Origin: a virus | Lineage: Duplodnaviria; Caudoviricetes | Length of the DNA: 64,000 bases | Reading direction: 5' to 3' (one strand) | IMG/VR virus record: IMGVR_UViG_2837218921_000006 | Span: 1 to 64,000 of that record | In this document: positions 39,848 to 48,816 of the stretch, piece after piece | Numbering within the stretch: position 1 is the stretch's first letter | Layout: every line of letters starts with the position of its first letter | Made by a program: the position numbers and the translations under genes | The notes under the pieces: model-generated | What the model was told of the DNA's origin: nothing | What the model saw: the letters and a program-made list of their open reading frames with translations, nothing else | The model's database searches: none

Positions 39848-40501
39848 ATGGAACAAGTTCAGATGTCCGCCGAAGAGCGGAAAGAGTTCGAGGCTTTCAA
39901 AGCCGAGCGCGAGAAAAAACGTCGCGAAGAAGAGCGCAAGCAGCAGCGTCAGCAGTATGCAGCTCTTGTCGATGACGAGATTGCGGCCACCATCCCCAAG
40001 CTACGGGAAGTGAGTGAAATGCTCAAGAATGCCAAGGATAAAATCTTTGGCAACTTCGAAACCATTCTCAAGATGAAGGCCGAGATAATCGGAGCCGCAC
40101 GTGATGGACAGTGCAGCCATACATTCACCAACTCCGACAGCACCCTCCGCATCATACTCGGAGTCAACTGCATCGACGGATACCGTGATACGGTAGAAGA
40201 CGGCATCGCAATGGTTAAGACATACATCGAGAGTCTTGCCAAGGATGAGGCTACCAAGTCGCTGGTCAACGCCGTACTGCGCCTTCTCAGCCGTGACGGG
40301 CAGGGTAACATCAAGGCAAGCCGAGTCCTTCAGCTCCGCAAGATGGCTGAGGACAGTGGCAATGAACAATTCCTTGAGGGTGTTCGTATCATCGAGGAGT
40401 CATATCAGCCCACAGTCAGCAAGAAGTTCATCCGCGCCCAATATAAAGATGATAAGGGTGCATGGCGTTACATTCCACTCGGCATGACAGATGTCGATTA
40501 A
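39848..40501 (+). CDS. DUF3164 family protein of Mu-like phages
   Basis: SHTFTNSD..GNIKASRVLQLRK..SKKFIRA..WRYIPL. Confidence 0.78.
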   Translation: MEQVQMSAEERKEFEAFKAEREKKRREEERKQQRQQYAALVDDEIAATIPKLREVSEMLKNAKDKIFGNFETILKMKAEIIGAARDGQCSHTFTNSDSTLRIILGVNCIDGYRDTVEDGIAMVKTYIESLAKDEATKSLVNAVLRLLSRDGQGNIKASRVLQLRKMAEDSGNEQFLEGVRIIEESYQPTVSKKFIRAQYKDDKGAWRYIPLGMTDVD

Positions 40502-40512
40502 ACCGATAGGCT

Positions 40513-40707
40513 ATGAAACGAGAAATATCAAGACCACCCAAGGTCGCCCTCTGCCGGGTCTGCAAAGGCACCGGCAGGGTGGCCGGGGATGAGGAAGGCG
40601 AGTTTCACACTTGCCTTCAGTGCGAGGGCAGCGGCAGGGTAACCGTGAGCTGCGAGATGACATTGGATATCAGACCGTATAAACCCCAACACTCTAAACG
40701 ACACTGA
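40513..40707 (+). CDS. DnaJ-type zinc-finger small protein
   Basis: CRVCKGTG...CLQCEGSG. Confidence 0.72.
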   Translation: MKREISRPPKVALCRVCKGTGRVAGDEEGEFHTCLQCEGSGRVTVSCEMTLDIRPYKPQHSKRH

Positions 40708-40710
40708 CGC

Positions 40711-40959
40711 ATGGGTAAGAAACCCGGAAAGAGTTATCAAAAGAGAGTTACAGACATCAACAGGATATATGACCTTCACGCCAAAAAGGGAATTCCCAAC
40801 CGGGAAATATGGCGCAGGTACATATATCCTGTGTATGGTATCTGTGAGCGTACTTTTTACAACCTTCTGAAGGCTCCGACAAAGCCGGGTTTCAGCGAGA
40901 CCTTACCCGATTTACCCAATCTTTTCGATATGTTTAAAGACACGGACGATGGCGAATAA
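40711..40959 (+). CDS. Small HTH protein, candidate late activator (Mor/C position)
   Basis: GIPNREIWRRYIYPVYGICERTFYNLL at end of early operon. Confidence 0.65.
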   Translation: MGKKPGKSYQKRVTDINRIYDLHAKKGIPNREIWRRYIYPVYGICERTFYNLLKAPTKPGFSETLPDLPNLFDMFKDTDDGE

Positions 40960-41506
40960 TTATGACCAGATAATCAAGAACATTCTCCGCGACATACAAG
41001 TGGAGATGACCGATGAGTTCGACCGCAATTTTGAGCGACAGGCTTTCTTCTCTGAGGCTTGGCAGCGCAGAAAAAGCCCCACCCGCCCCGGAGGTCATAT
41101 CCTCGTCGATACCGGTGGCCTTCGCCGCAGCATCATGAGCTATGAGACCGAAAACAGCATCGTGTTTCGTAGCGAACACCCGGCAGCGGCCATTCACAAC
41201 GAGGGCGGTGAAATCAAGGTCACAGCCAAAATGAAACGATTCTTTTGGTATAAATACTATTCGACCACCGGCTCTTTCGGCAGACGCAAGGATGGCTCAC
41301 AGCGTAAGGATAAGAGGACTGTTCAATTATCAACCGAGGCAGAGTTTTGGAAATTCATGGCCTTAATGAAAGTCGGCTCAACCATCAAGATACCACGCCG
41401 ACGATTCCTTGGAACCGCCCCGGAGGTCGAGCAGACCGTCAGGCAAATTATCGAAGAGAACATCACCGAATTTTTCAACACCGATTTCGATATTATAGAA
41501 CGATGA
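40949..41506 (+). CDS. Phage virion morphogenesis protein (Mu gpG-like)
   Basis: ILVDTGGLRRSI, AAIHNEGG, IPRRRFLG. Confidence 0.88.
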   Translation: MANNYDQIIKNILRDIQVEMTDEFDRNFERQAFFSEAWQRRKSPTRPGGHILVDTGGLRRSIMSYETENSIVFRSEHPAAAIHNEGGEIKVTAKMKRFFWYKYYSTTGSFGRRKDGSQRKDKRTVQLSTEAEFWKFMALMKVGSTIKIPRRRFLGTAPEVEQTVRQIIEENITEFFNTDFDIIER

Positions 41507-41994
41507 GAAAAGAACTTTACAACAAAATCAAACAGCGTCTGACACTCTTATGCGTCAACGCCGCCGGGGAGTATTACGAGGCTCCTCTTGACATGGACGA
41601 TGATGTACGCTTCCGTGCCATCAAACATATCGACCTGTGGAACCGAAACGTGGAATTCATCGAACAGGAAGCCGCATGGGAGCGTCCGGCTGTGTTCATC
41701 GAATTCGAGCCGATACACTGGACATCTATCGTGCCGGGCATAGAGTACCGTGCAGAGGCAAGAGTGCGACTGCATATCGTGACTGATTGGGCTCCTGCCG
41801 TAGCCGATGGTTCCGACGGTTCCGGCAGATTCTTTGAGTTGCCGGATAAAATCCACGATGTCCTTGCCGGACTCAATGGTGCAAACTTCAAAGATTTCAC
41901 CCTCGAAGAATCGCATACAAACCACGACCACGAGGATATCGTTGAAAGCATCGAAGTATATAACTTTATCGCGTTCAAACATACAGCCCAATAA
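41503..41994 (+). CDS. Tail completion/terminator-like protein
   Basis: IDLWN..PAVFIEF; follows gpG-like gene. Confidence 0.65.
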   Translation: MRKELYNKIKQRLTLLCVNAAGEYYEAPLDMDDDVRFRAIKHIDLWNRNVEFIEQEAAWERPAVFIEFEPIHWTSIVPGIEYRAEARVRLHIVTDWAPAVADGSDGSGRFFELPDKIHDVLAGLNGANFKDFTLEESHTNHDHEDIVESIEVYNFIAFKHTAQ

Positions 41995-42018
41995 ACGCGC
42001 TGTGTCGCGTATAAATGA

Positions 42019-42052
42019 GAGAGCCGTTACCTTTATCGGGTGACGGCTCTCT
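42019..42052. terminator. Hairpin between convergent operons
   Basis: GAGAGCCGTTACC...GGTGACGGCTCTC. Confidence 0.7.
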
Positions 42053-42078
42053 TGCGATATATGGGCGAGAAAAAGGCC

Positions 42079-42951
42079 TTATGCGGCGTTGTCGGGAGGA
42101 AGGTCGGGTATCGTGAACAGCATGATGTCCGTGTACCGGGCATTGTAGTTCATCGTCGCTTTAAACTCCCTCCTTTGACAACGGGCAAACGGGTCGCCGA
42201 GCGAGGGGTGGCGACCCATCCACTCGCACAGTTCGACAATGCACGATTTCTCGGAAGTAAAATAAATGAAGTTGTGTCCGGGCAGAACCGACAGCACATC
42301 GAGGTAATCGGCGAGTCGCCAATACATACGATAGGTTCCGACATCGGTGGAAAGGTATGGCGGATCAACAAGGAACACCACACCCGGAGTGTCTTTAAAT
42401 CTCTCGAACAGTTCCCGGTAATCACAGGATTCTATCTCAAGACCGGCGAGATAATCCGGGCAGGGAGCATAGTCGCTCTTACGGACATTGTTATACAATA
42501 CCTCGGAGCGCATATCTTCGATGCTCAGTTTATACTTCATAGAGAACATCAATGAAGACGAGAGCGTGATGAAGTCGAGATAACCGGACTCCTGTTCCTC
42601 CTGTTCGAGCAGTTTGAATATCTGCTCGCGAGACTCACCGGTGATAGGCTTGTGCCTGTCGAAACGGTCTGAGATAGGCCGTATAAGGGAGAGTAGCCGG
42701 TTGGTGCGCCCGATATTGTTGATGCGGTGTCGGTAGTTGTCGAAGTCGTTGTAGATCACCCTTGATTCCGGGTGGTAATATTTGGTGATGTGGGACAGTA
42801 GGCCGGAGCCGCCGAACAGATCGACAAAGACCGTACCGGGTGGATACTGTTTGATTACTTCGATGAAATGCTTTGCAAACATTCGTTTTTGTCCTACGAA
42901 TGGAAGCGGAGCGGAAAGGTATAATGTATGTGGATGATTGGATGTCGCCAT
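42079..42951 (-). CDS. Dam-like DNA adenine methyltransferase
   Basis: PFVGQK, DLFGGSG (motif I), DPPY (motif IV). Confidence 0.9.
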   Translation of the reverse strand: MATSNHPHTLYLSAPLPFVGQKRMFAKHFIEVIKQYPPGTVFVDLFGGSGLLSHITKYYHPESRVIYNDFDNYRHRINNIGRTNRLLSLIRPISDRFDRHKPITGESREQIFKLLEQEEQESGYLDFITLSSSLMFSMKYKLSIEDMRSEVLYNNVRKSDYAPCPDYLAGLEIESCDYRELFERFKDTPGVVFLVDPPYLSTDVGTYRMYWRLADYLDVLSVLPGHNFIYFTSEKSCIVELCEWMGRHPSLGDPFARCQRREFKATMNYNARYTDIMLFTIPDLPPDNAA

Positions 42952-43233
42952 TTTTTGATTGTTTAGACAATGCAAAGTTAGTGTACAGGCGACCGCAGCA
43001 CACTATCGACGTGACGAATTACACTGCAGCCGGATTGCAGTCGCTTTGGAACCGCTTGATTAGAGTATATACCTTGCGCTCTGATACTCGATAATTGGTG
43101 GCAAGGCAAGCCACCGCATACGACACCTTTTCCCCGTCGGCAACCATTTTGTTGAAGTCAACAAAAAGGTCGATGTAGTCGGCATCCTCAAGTCTAATTC
43201 CGGATTGACGGAGCCTGTTAAGCAGTTCCCGAT

Positions 43234-44770
43234 CACGGCTCTTTCATTTAACCTAAAATAAATAGCATATCTTCCCTTACCCGGTTCATTGAGAATCGGG
43301 TAATTTTTCCATGTCTGTATATCAAAGAGTTATTCTGGTATCAAAATCTTATTTTTTTCACTTTTGACTTAAAAATCGAATCAGTCTGGTAAAGCTCATC
43401 GAGATATGTCTGATCAGTTCGGCTATGCCTTTATTCTTATCTGATTGTTTCTTGCGAAGTCCTTTCCATATTGAGAACACCGAGTAAACTATTCTTTGTA
43501 TGGTATCGAGGTTTCTGGCGGCTCTCGTCGACTTGCGTTTTATATTGTCCTGCTGAAGATTGTAGTCCAGCCCCCAGTGCATACTTTCTATTGACCAATG
43601 GTTGCGCACGAAGATTCCTGGCTTCGGAGTATGCGTAGGCATACTGCTGACGTACAGGCGTTTTTCTGAGGTGTGTACTCCTGTTGACTTTTTGACTGTG
43701 GACGATTCATACTCTATGATGGTCATGTTTCCGCCCCATTTCTTCTTGTCTGCGATAATGTCCAGTCCGTCATATACGCGGTAGGTTCTCGTCTCTATCC
43801 TGCCGTGGGCCAGTTCGGGACCTTCGGTGTAAGAATATACCGGTGTGTGTTCCACTAGCCTGTCCTCAATGCCGTATCGCAATGACGGCTGGTTGGCTTT
43901 GAGTTCTATCAGAAAGTCTCCGCCTTTCTTTCTGATTTTCTCGACAATATCCTTCTGCATAGACATTGCGTCGGCTGTGACAATCTTTCCTGCGACATCT
44001 ATTTTATCAAGAAGTATCGGTATGGCCTTTATCTCGTTGCTCTTTTCCTGACAGGCTTCGGTGGCGATTGTTATGCCGGTGCTGAACGAATAGGCAGAGA
44101 CGATATCCGGGCTTCGCCCGTTTTCCTGAACGGTGCCGCGCTCGGCTTTGCCGTCAATGCAGATTATTTCAATGATGCGGCTGGCGCAAGTAAGTCTTTC
44201 AAGGAATATGTCTGCGAACTGCTGCATCCTGTCGGCCATATCCATATCGTTGATGCCGTTCTCCACACGGCAAAGCGTGGCCTCAGATGGTACGCCGTTC
44301 CTTAACAGGCCCATTTTGTGTAATTTGTTGAGGTTGTATCTGCCGAACTCCAATATCTCGGCTCGTCCGATGCATCCGGCCATACGTCCGAGTATCATCA
44401 GCATGATGATATCGTTGAGGCTGTGACGGAAATTGCCTTTGTCCAATCTACGGAAATCCGGCACGGATGAGGCAAACGCTCGAAGTTCTTCCATGATACT
44501 GCGCCTTGTGTCAAATTTATTGTGTACTTTTGCGGTATGATCAGGCGCATAGGCGTCAGTCGAACAGACTTGGTCAAGTGGCTTCATTTTTTTTGGCGTA
44601 ACTCTTTGATTATCACCTATAAAGTTACTAAAAATCTGCCACTTGGCCAAATTTTCATTGCACTTATTTTCTTGAAAATCAGAGGTTAAAGCCTCTCCAC
44701 CCGTACTGCTCTCGCTATAAAATAACACATTTGTCGAGAATGAGACGAAATCTTAAATGAAAGAGCCGTG
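43234..44770 (-). mobile_element. ISAs1 family insertion sequence
   Basis: 18-bp IR CACGGCTCTTTCATTTAA; 9-bp TSD GTTCCCGAT at 43225-43233 and 44771-44779. Confidence 0.95.
43358..44587 (-). CDS. ISAs1 transposase
   Basis: IDGK, KSNEI, VTADAM, KANQ, HGRIETR, RNHWSIE motifs; start uncertain. Confidence 0.93.
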   Translation of the reverse strand: MKPLDQVCSTDAYAPDHTAKVHNKFDTRRSIMEELRAFASSVPDFRRLDKGNFRHSLNDIIMLMILGRMAGCIGRAEILEFGRYNLNKLHKMGLLRNGVPSEATLCRVENGINDMDMADRMQQFADIFLERLTCASRIIEIICIDGKAERGTVQENGRSPDIVSAYSFSTGITIATEACQEKSNEIKAIPILLDKIDVAGKIVTADAMSMQKDIVEKIRKKGGDFLIELKANQPSLRYGIEDRLVEHTPVYSYTEGPELAHGRIETRTYRVYDGLDIIADKKKWGGNMTIIEYESSTVKKSTGVHTSEKRLYVSSMPTHTPKPGIFVRNHWSIESMHWGLDYNLQQDNIKRKSTRAARNLDTIQRIVYSVFSIWKGLRKKQSDKNKGIAELIRHISMSFTRLIRFLSQK

Positions 44771-44833
44771 GTTCCCGATTGAATTTCAGTATTTCAAATA
44801 TGGTCATGTCCCGAAAAATTATTAAATTTGCAG

Positions 44834-44963
44834 CGTCTCACTTATAAAACACCCGCGTAGGGAAGCTCAAGGAGGACTTAATGCCCCCGGCGAGCTTCCC
44901 TACGCGGGTTGTGTTAAAAGTAAGTGAGACGACTATTAACAGGCCGGGGGCATTTTTATGCCC
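44834..44963 (+). ncRNA. Candidate pseudoknotted small RNA
   Basis: TAAATTTG at 44823-44830; stems 44834-44844/44921-44931 and 44851-44868/44892-44909; loop 44880-44891 complementary to 44943-44954. Confidence 0.6.
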
Positions 44964-44983
44964 TCCCCCGATGGGCAGATGGG

Positions 44984-45469
44984 TCAGTTCACTCGGTAGA
45001 GTTCCAAGTCAATCGCATCCTTGGCATTCCAACCGTCGAGCAGCGTCTTCTGAACGAACTGCATTGCGCCGGTGTAGAAGGCTGTCAAGGTGTCAAGGGT
45101 CTCGAAGGTGACATATTCCGGATTGTCATCATCTCCGAGCTTGAAGGTTACGGGCAATGTCGCTCCGGCAGTCTGAACCGCGAGGTCGTAAGCGGCCTTA
45201 TAGTTAAACTGATTTTCGGTGGAGAGCCACACCATTTTGCCATCGTATCGATAGCCGGAGAGAATTCGGGAATCGGTCTGAGAGTTTATCCAACCGCTGA
45301 TGATGGATTTGATTTCCTCCTCGGATGGCTTATGGTTGAATTCTTCCTCCATGTAAGAGGTGATGCCGGATTCATCGACGGACACGTCCCAACGGACACG
45401 CCATTTGTTTCTTACCGGGTTTGTACACTCAAGCAGAGCGACATCGGGATTGCCTTGGACTCGTTTCAT
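44984..45469 (-). CDS. DUF4376-like protein directly downstream of DGR RT
   Basis: VWLSTENQFNYKAAYDLA..LPVTFKLG; 2 nt after RT stop. Confidence 0.72.
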   Translation of the reverse strand: MKRVQGNPDVALLECTNPVRNKWRVRWDVSVDESGITSYMEEEFNHKPSEEEIKSIISGWINSQTDSRILSGYRYDGKMVWLSTENQFNYKAAYDLAVQTAGATLPVTFKLGDDDNPEYVTFETLDTLTAFYTGAMQFVQKTLLDGWNAKDAIDLELYRVN

Positions 45470-45471
45470 GT

Positions 45472-46776
45472 TTAAGTAAAGACGTATTTGGTTTTACCTT
45501 TGCCGAAGGTCTCCGCCTTGATGGTGGTCTCGAAAGGGAAACCGTCCGGCATTTCACTAACTTGTTGGAGGATGTTTTTCATCTCCTCCGAGTTGGTGAA
45601 GAACTTCTTCTGTTCACCGTTCTGCTCGATGGCGACAACGCAGCGGTCTTCACCCTGCGAGGTCTTGACACCCATCTCGAAGTCGCGGACTACGATGGGA
45701 AGGTTCACCAGTTCCCGGATACTTACCACCGCTCCGGGGAATCGCTTCTTGCCGTCATCAGGCTTGTAAGCGACATTGAGGTCTTTGAATGATTTCATTT
45801 CTATGCCTGTTAATTTGTTAAAGAGATTATTACATTGCGCGTGCTTGGCCATTCCGTAGAACGAGGCAACAAGCACACGTCGTCTTTTACGACTTTTCAC
45901 CTCGCCCATCTTCCGGGCGAACTTTTTCTTTATGCGCTTGCGGATGAGCGCATGGTCGGGATAGATGACGTATCCCAAAAAATCAATACCCTCGGTTACC
46001 GGGAAGACACGCTCGTTATATTTTATCTTGAGTCCGATGCATTCCACGCACTCGTGAATGATGTCCCGGATTCTCCACAGTTCCTCTTTGGTAGAGGCAA
46101 GAACGGCACCATCATCACAGTATCGATAATAGAAAGGCACTCCGAGACGGTCTTTAAGAATGTGATCGAGGTGAACCGACAGTAGCAGGTTGCAAAGTCC
46201 TTGGGAACTTCTCAAGCCTATACTCACCCCGGAAGGCATCATACGGATGAACCGCTCAAGTATCACAATCAATTTCTCATCCTTGAAGATGCGCCGGACG
46301 CAATTGATAATGGACTGCTGACTGACGCTCTCATAAAACTTTGAGATGTCGAACTTGTAGCAGAACCGGGTCTCATCCGGGTGTTCCCGGAGATCACGCT
46401 CGATGTAAGCCTTGAGGTCGTGCATACCGCGACCTTTGATGCTTGCCGAAGTCGTGCGGATGAAGCGGCGTTTCAGATGCTCATCGACAACAGACATCAC
46501 AGCATGGACGGCGATGCGGTCTTTCATCGTGAGAACCTGTATGTGCCGTTCTTTGCCGCCCTCGATGATTGTGCGTTCCCTGTAACCACCGGCGATGAAA
46601 TAGCTGCCGTCGGCAATCTGAGCCGAGAGTTCCGCTATCACCTCCTCCCGGTGTGCCAATAGCCAACGACCCTGTCGGCTCCGCTTCCGGCTTGTGCCTC
46701 GCAGAACTTGGTCGAATGACTGTGCCATATTTGGATAAGCGACAATCTCCTCTATGATATGTCCTTCTCGACGCAT
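45472..46776 (-). CDS. DGR-type reverse transcriptase with ~105-aa C-terminal extra domain
   Basis: KER.I, DRIAVHA, KGRGMH, KFDISKFY, GVSIGLRSSQ, YYRYCDD, GIDFLGY; ATG 46776. Confidence 0.93.
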   Translation of the reverse strand: MRREGHIIEEIVAYPNMAQSFDQVLRGTSRKRSRQGRWLLAHREEVIAELSAQIADGSYFIAGGYRERTIIEGGKERHIQVLTMKDRIAVHAVMSVVDEHLKRRFIRTTSASIKGRGMHDLKAYIERDLREHPDETRFCYKFDISKFYESVSQQSIINCVRRIFKDEKLIVILERFIRMMPSGVSIGLRSSQGLCNLLLSVHLDHILKDRLGVPFYYRYCDDGAVLASTKEELWRIRDIIHECVECIGLKIKYNERVFPVTEGIDFLGYVIYPDHALIRKRIKKKFARKMGEVKSRKRRRVLVASFYGMAKHAQCNNLFNKLTGIEMKSFKDLNVAYKPDDGKKRFPGAVVSIRELVNLPIVVRDFEMGVKTSQGEDRCVVAIEQNGEQKKFFTNSEEMKNILQQVSEMPDGFPFETTIKAETFGKGKTKYVFT

Positions 46777-46982
46777 GGTGCGGAGCGTTTTAGAAATTTG
46801 TAACAACAGGCTCCTTGAGCCTTCCTTCTCTGAGTCCGGGTTCTTCGAGCTTTCGCCTACCAAACCCTACTCGTTCACTTGGTGTTCCGGCTTTCCGGCT
46901 TTCGCCGCTGTTGCCGAGGCTCATCCCTCTCGGCACCTCGGTGGGAACACGTTCCCGGTGATGTATGCCGATTGTTGGTTGT

Positions 46983-47094
46983 CCAGCCGCGAGCCGACAT
47001 TCGTGTTCGCATTCGAAGCATCGTTATTCGCATTCGCGTACGACACGCCGCCATTCGCATTCGCGTTGTTGTTGCCGCGATAGACCACACGGCC
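46983..47094 (-). ncRNA. DGR template repeat (TR)
   Basis: Reads GRVVYRGNNNANANGGVSYANANNDASNANTNVGSRL with 11 AAC/AAT codons and a GC-rich end GTCGGCTCGCGGCTG; lies upstream of RT. Confidence 0.92.
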
Positions 47095-47121
47095 TATTGA
47101 GGGACTCTGCCTTTTGAACTG

Positions 47122-47129
47122 CAAATTTA
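47122..47129 (-). promoter_or_regulatory. Bacteroidetes -7 promoter element for TR-RT transcript
   Basis: TAAATTTG (TAnnTTTG) about 30 nt upstream of TR. Confidence 0.6.
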
Positions 47130-47159
47130 CTCATAATTTGGCGTTCAGCAGTGAACATA

Positions 47160-47393
47160 TCAAATTATAAGCCAAAACACAGCGGCGATGGCACCTCCGG
47201 CAACGGTAAGAATCCAATCGACCCAATCCCAATAGCAGCCGTGTAGCCTGTCTTTCAACTCAAGACATGACGCCGCCACTACCGAGGCGTATATGGCCGG
47301 GATAGCACCAAGGGCAAACAGCCCTACGAGAAGACCGCCAATGAGGTGCTTGTAGCGGTTGGAGGTCTTGAGGAATAATAAAATCTTGTCCAT
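47160..47393 (-). CDS. Small membrane protein
   Basis: 77 aa, hydrophobic helices, HLIGG..ELKD..WDWVDW. Confidence 0.7.
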   Translation of the reverse strand: MDKILLFLKTSNRYKHLIGGLLVGLFALGAIPAIYASVVAASCLELKDRLHGCYWDWVDWILTVAGGAIAAVFWLII

Positions 47394-47432
47394 AAACTTT
47401 TGTATGTCAGAAATTGTTTGTATTTTTGCATT

Positions 47433-47502
47433 CAAGAATCGCACTGTGTGTGGGCTAAACTTGCGTAAAGCATAAGGGGTCGCCACAGTCGGTTCTTTTT
47501 TT
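47433..47502 (+). ncRNA. Candidate small RNA convergent on MuF gene end
   Basis: TATTTTTG at 47421-47428; AAGAATCG-C-ACTGTG...CACAGT-CGGTTCTT stem followed by T-tract. Confidence 0.5.
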
Positions 47503-48802
47503 ATTGTATGGCATCTGTTATCGAATACAGGAATCGGTCATGTCTGATTTTGCCGGTACGCGATATGATGTCGGTCTCTCCGACATTGAGATAGACCTTC
47601 CTGCCGTGCAGTTCAGCCTCATAGTAGTAGAATCTCTCGATGCGGTCGCGGCGTGGTTTTGATTTCGCCACTTTTTTTATGAATTTCGCTCCGGCCAAAA
47701 GAGAATCAAGCGAGGCGAGATCATCTTTAGTCAGTACGGAACTTCTCCCGAAAGTATCGGCATATAAATGCTTGTTCCCATATTTGGAGAATCCGACATT
47801 CATAGGATGGCCGTTGCCGTTGACAGAAATTTTCTTTGTAAGGAGCGGTTCCATCTCACGCATATAATGCTTTTTGACAACGGCACTTTCGGATTTTGAA
47901 AGGTCGTTGTAACACTCATTTATAATGGCACACGCCTCGCACAGACTGTTCATCGGCCTAAATGCGAATTTCCGTTTGTTTATATCGCAGTCCCGGCAGC
48001 GGCGTATAGTGTATGGATTGTAGTCCGGCACCGTCTTTTGCTCAAGTCCGGGATTGAATCGGAATATTCCTTTGCTGTCGCGTTGCAGAGCCTCGTCGCC
48101 AAGCCTCATCGCCTCCGCGTGGGATGTCGCCGGATACTTTGACTTGCGAACCTGTACGACAGTGCATCGGCAGTTCCATCCATTCGGAGGATAGAACTCC
48201 GCCCAAAACGGGTCAGACGGAGGCAGGGTCACACCATCGAGGGCGGCGTGTTCCGGGCGAACCTTATCATCCTTTTGAGTTCGGTATTGGAGATTGTATC
48301 GGTCTCCATCCTGCATGAATCCTTCCCATTTAGCAGCCATTTCTGCCGAAGCGGTGACAAAGTTATACTCAGCCCGGAGGTAGTTTGCATTATAGGTTTG
48401 GTCGATGCTTCGAACATCGTTCAAAAAGCGTTCAAACGATTTTCGTTCGCCGTTCTCATCTACAAGTGAGGGGAAAGCCTCGTTGAGTTCGTGGAATGTT
48501 TTAATGCCAGAGAAAATAAAGTCCGAGCGGTGGAGCCTTTTGCGCATGGCATCGGACATCTTGACTTGCTCGAATGACGAGTCAAGGGCAGACGCATGGC
48601 TCTTGATGAATTCCCGGACTTGCGGAGTGGATAGAATATCGATGGAGAGCTGCGCACCTTCAGTTTTATACACAGCCTTCATCATTCCGTTGAACAGAAC
48701 GGAGAGCTGCTTGCGTATTTCGTCCTCACGCTCTTTGCGCCCGGCCATGAACACCTCCGGCATATCCTTGAGCAGACGGGCATAGCGTTCATGCAGCCCC
48801 AC
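47501..48802 (-). CDS. Phage head morphogenesis protein (Mu gpF) with C-terminal extension
   Basis: DDKVRPEHAALDG..FWAEFYPPNGWNCRC; about 130-aa basic C-terminal domain. Confidence 0.88.
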   Translation of the reverse strand: MGLHERYARLLKDMPEVFMAGRKEREDEIRKQLSVLFNGMMKAVYKTEGAQLSIDILSTPQVREFIKSHASALDSSFEQVKMSDAMRKRLHRSDFIFSGIKTFHELNEAFPSLVDENGERKSFERFLNDVRSIDQTYNANYLRAEYNFVTASAEMAAKWEGFMQDGDRYNLQYRTQKDDKVRPEHAALDGVTLPPSDPFWAEFYPPNGWNCRCTVVQVRKSKYPATSHAEAMRLGDEALQRDSKGIFRFNPGLEQKTVPDYNPYTIRRCRDCDINKRKFAFRPMNSLCEACAIINECYNDLSKSESAVVKKHYMREMEPLLTKKISVNGNGHPMNVGFSKYGNKHLYADTFGRSSVLTKDDLASLDSLLAGAKFIKKVAKSKPRRDRIERFYYYEAELHGRKVYLNVGETDIISRTGKIRHDRFLYSITDAIQ

Positions 48803-48816
48803 ATAGTCAGTGGGGC

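Larger units (their letters stand above)
43019..44807 (-). pseudogene. 80-aa HTH protein gene split by ISAs1
   Basis: Excising the IS and one TSD copy gives MTIFEILKFNRELLNRL...VSERKVYTLIKRFQSDCNPAAV*. Confidence 0.85.

Noticed and set aside
42079-42951. Restriction-modification system
   Set aside because: No cognate endonuclease nearby; an orphan phage methylase is more likely
45472-46863. RT as group II intron, retron or Abi RT
   Set aside because: No maturase/endonuclease domain or intron domain V and no retron VTG motif; the SQ motif and adjacent AAY-rich TR indicate a DGR. The ORF-track start at 46863 is probably too long.
46875-47124. Short ORFs over the TR (e.g. 46921-47124, Asn-rich)
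   Set aside because: Read-through of the non-coding template repeat, not a target gene
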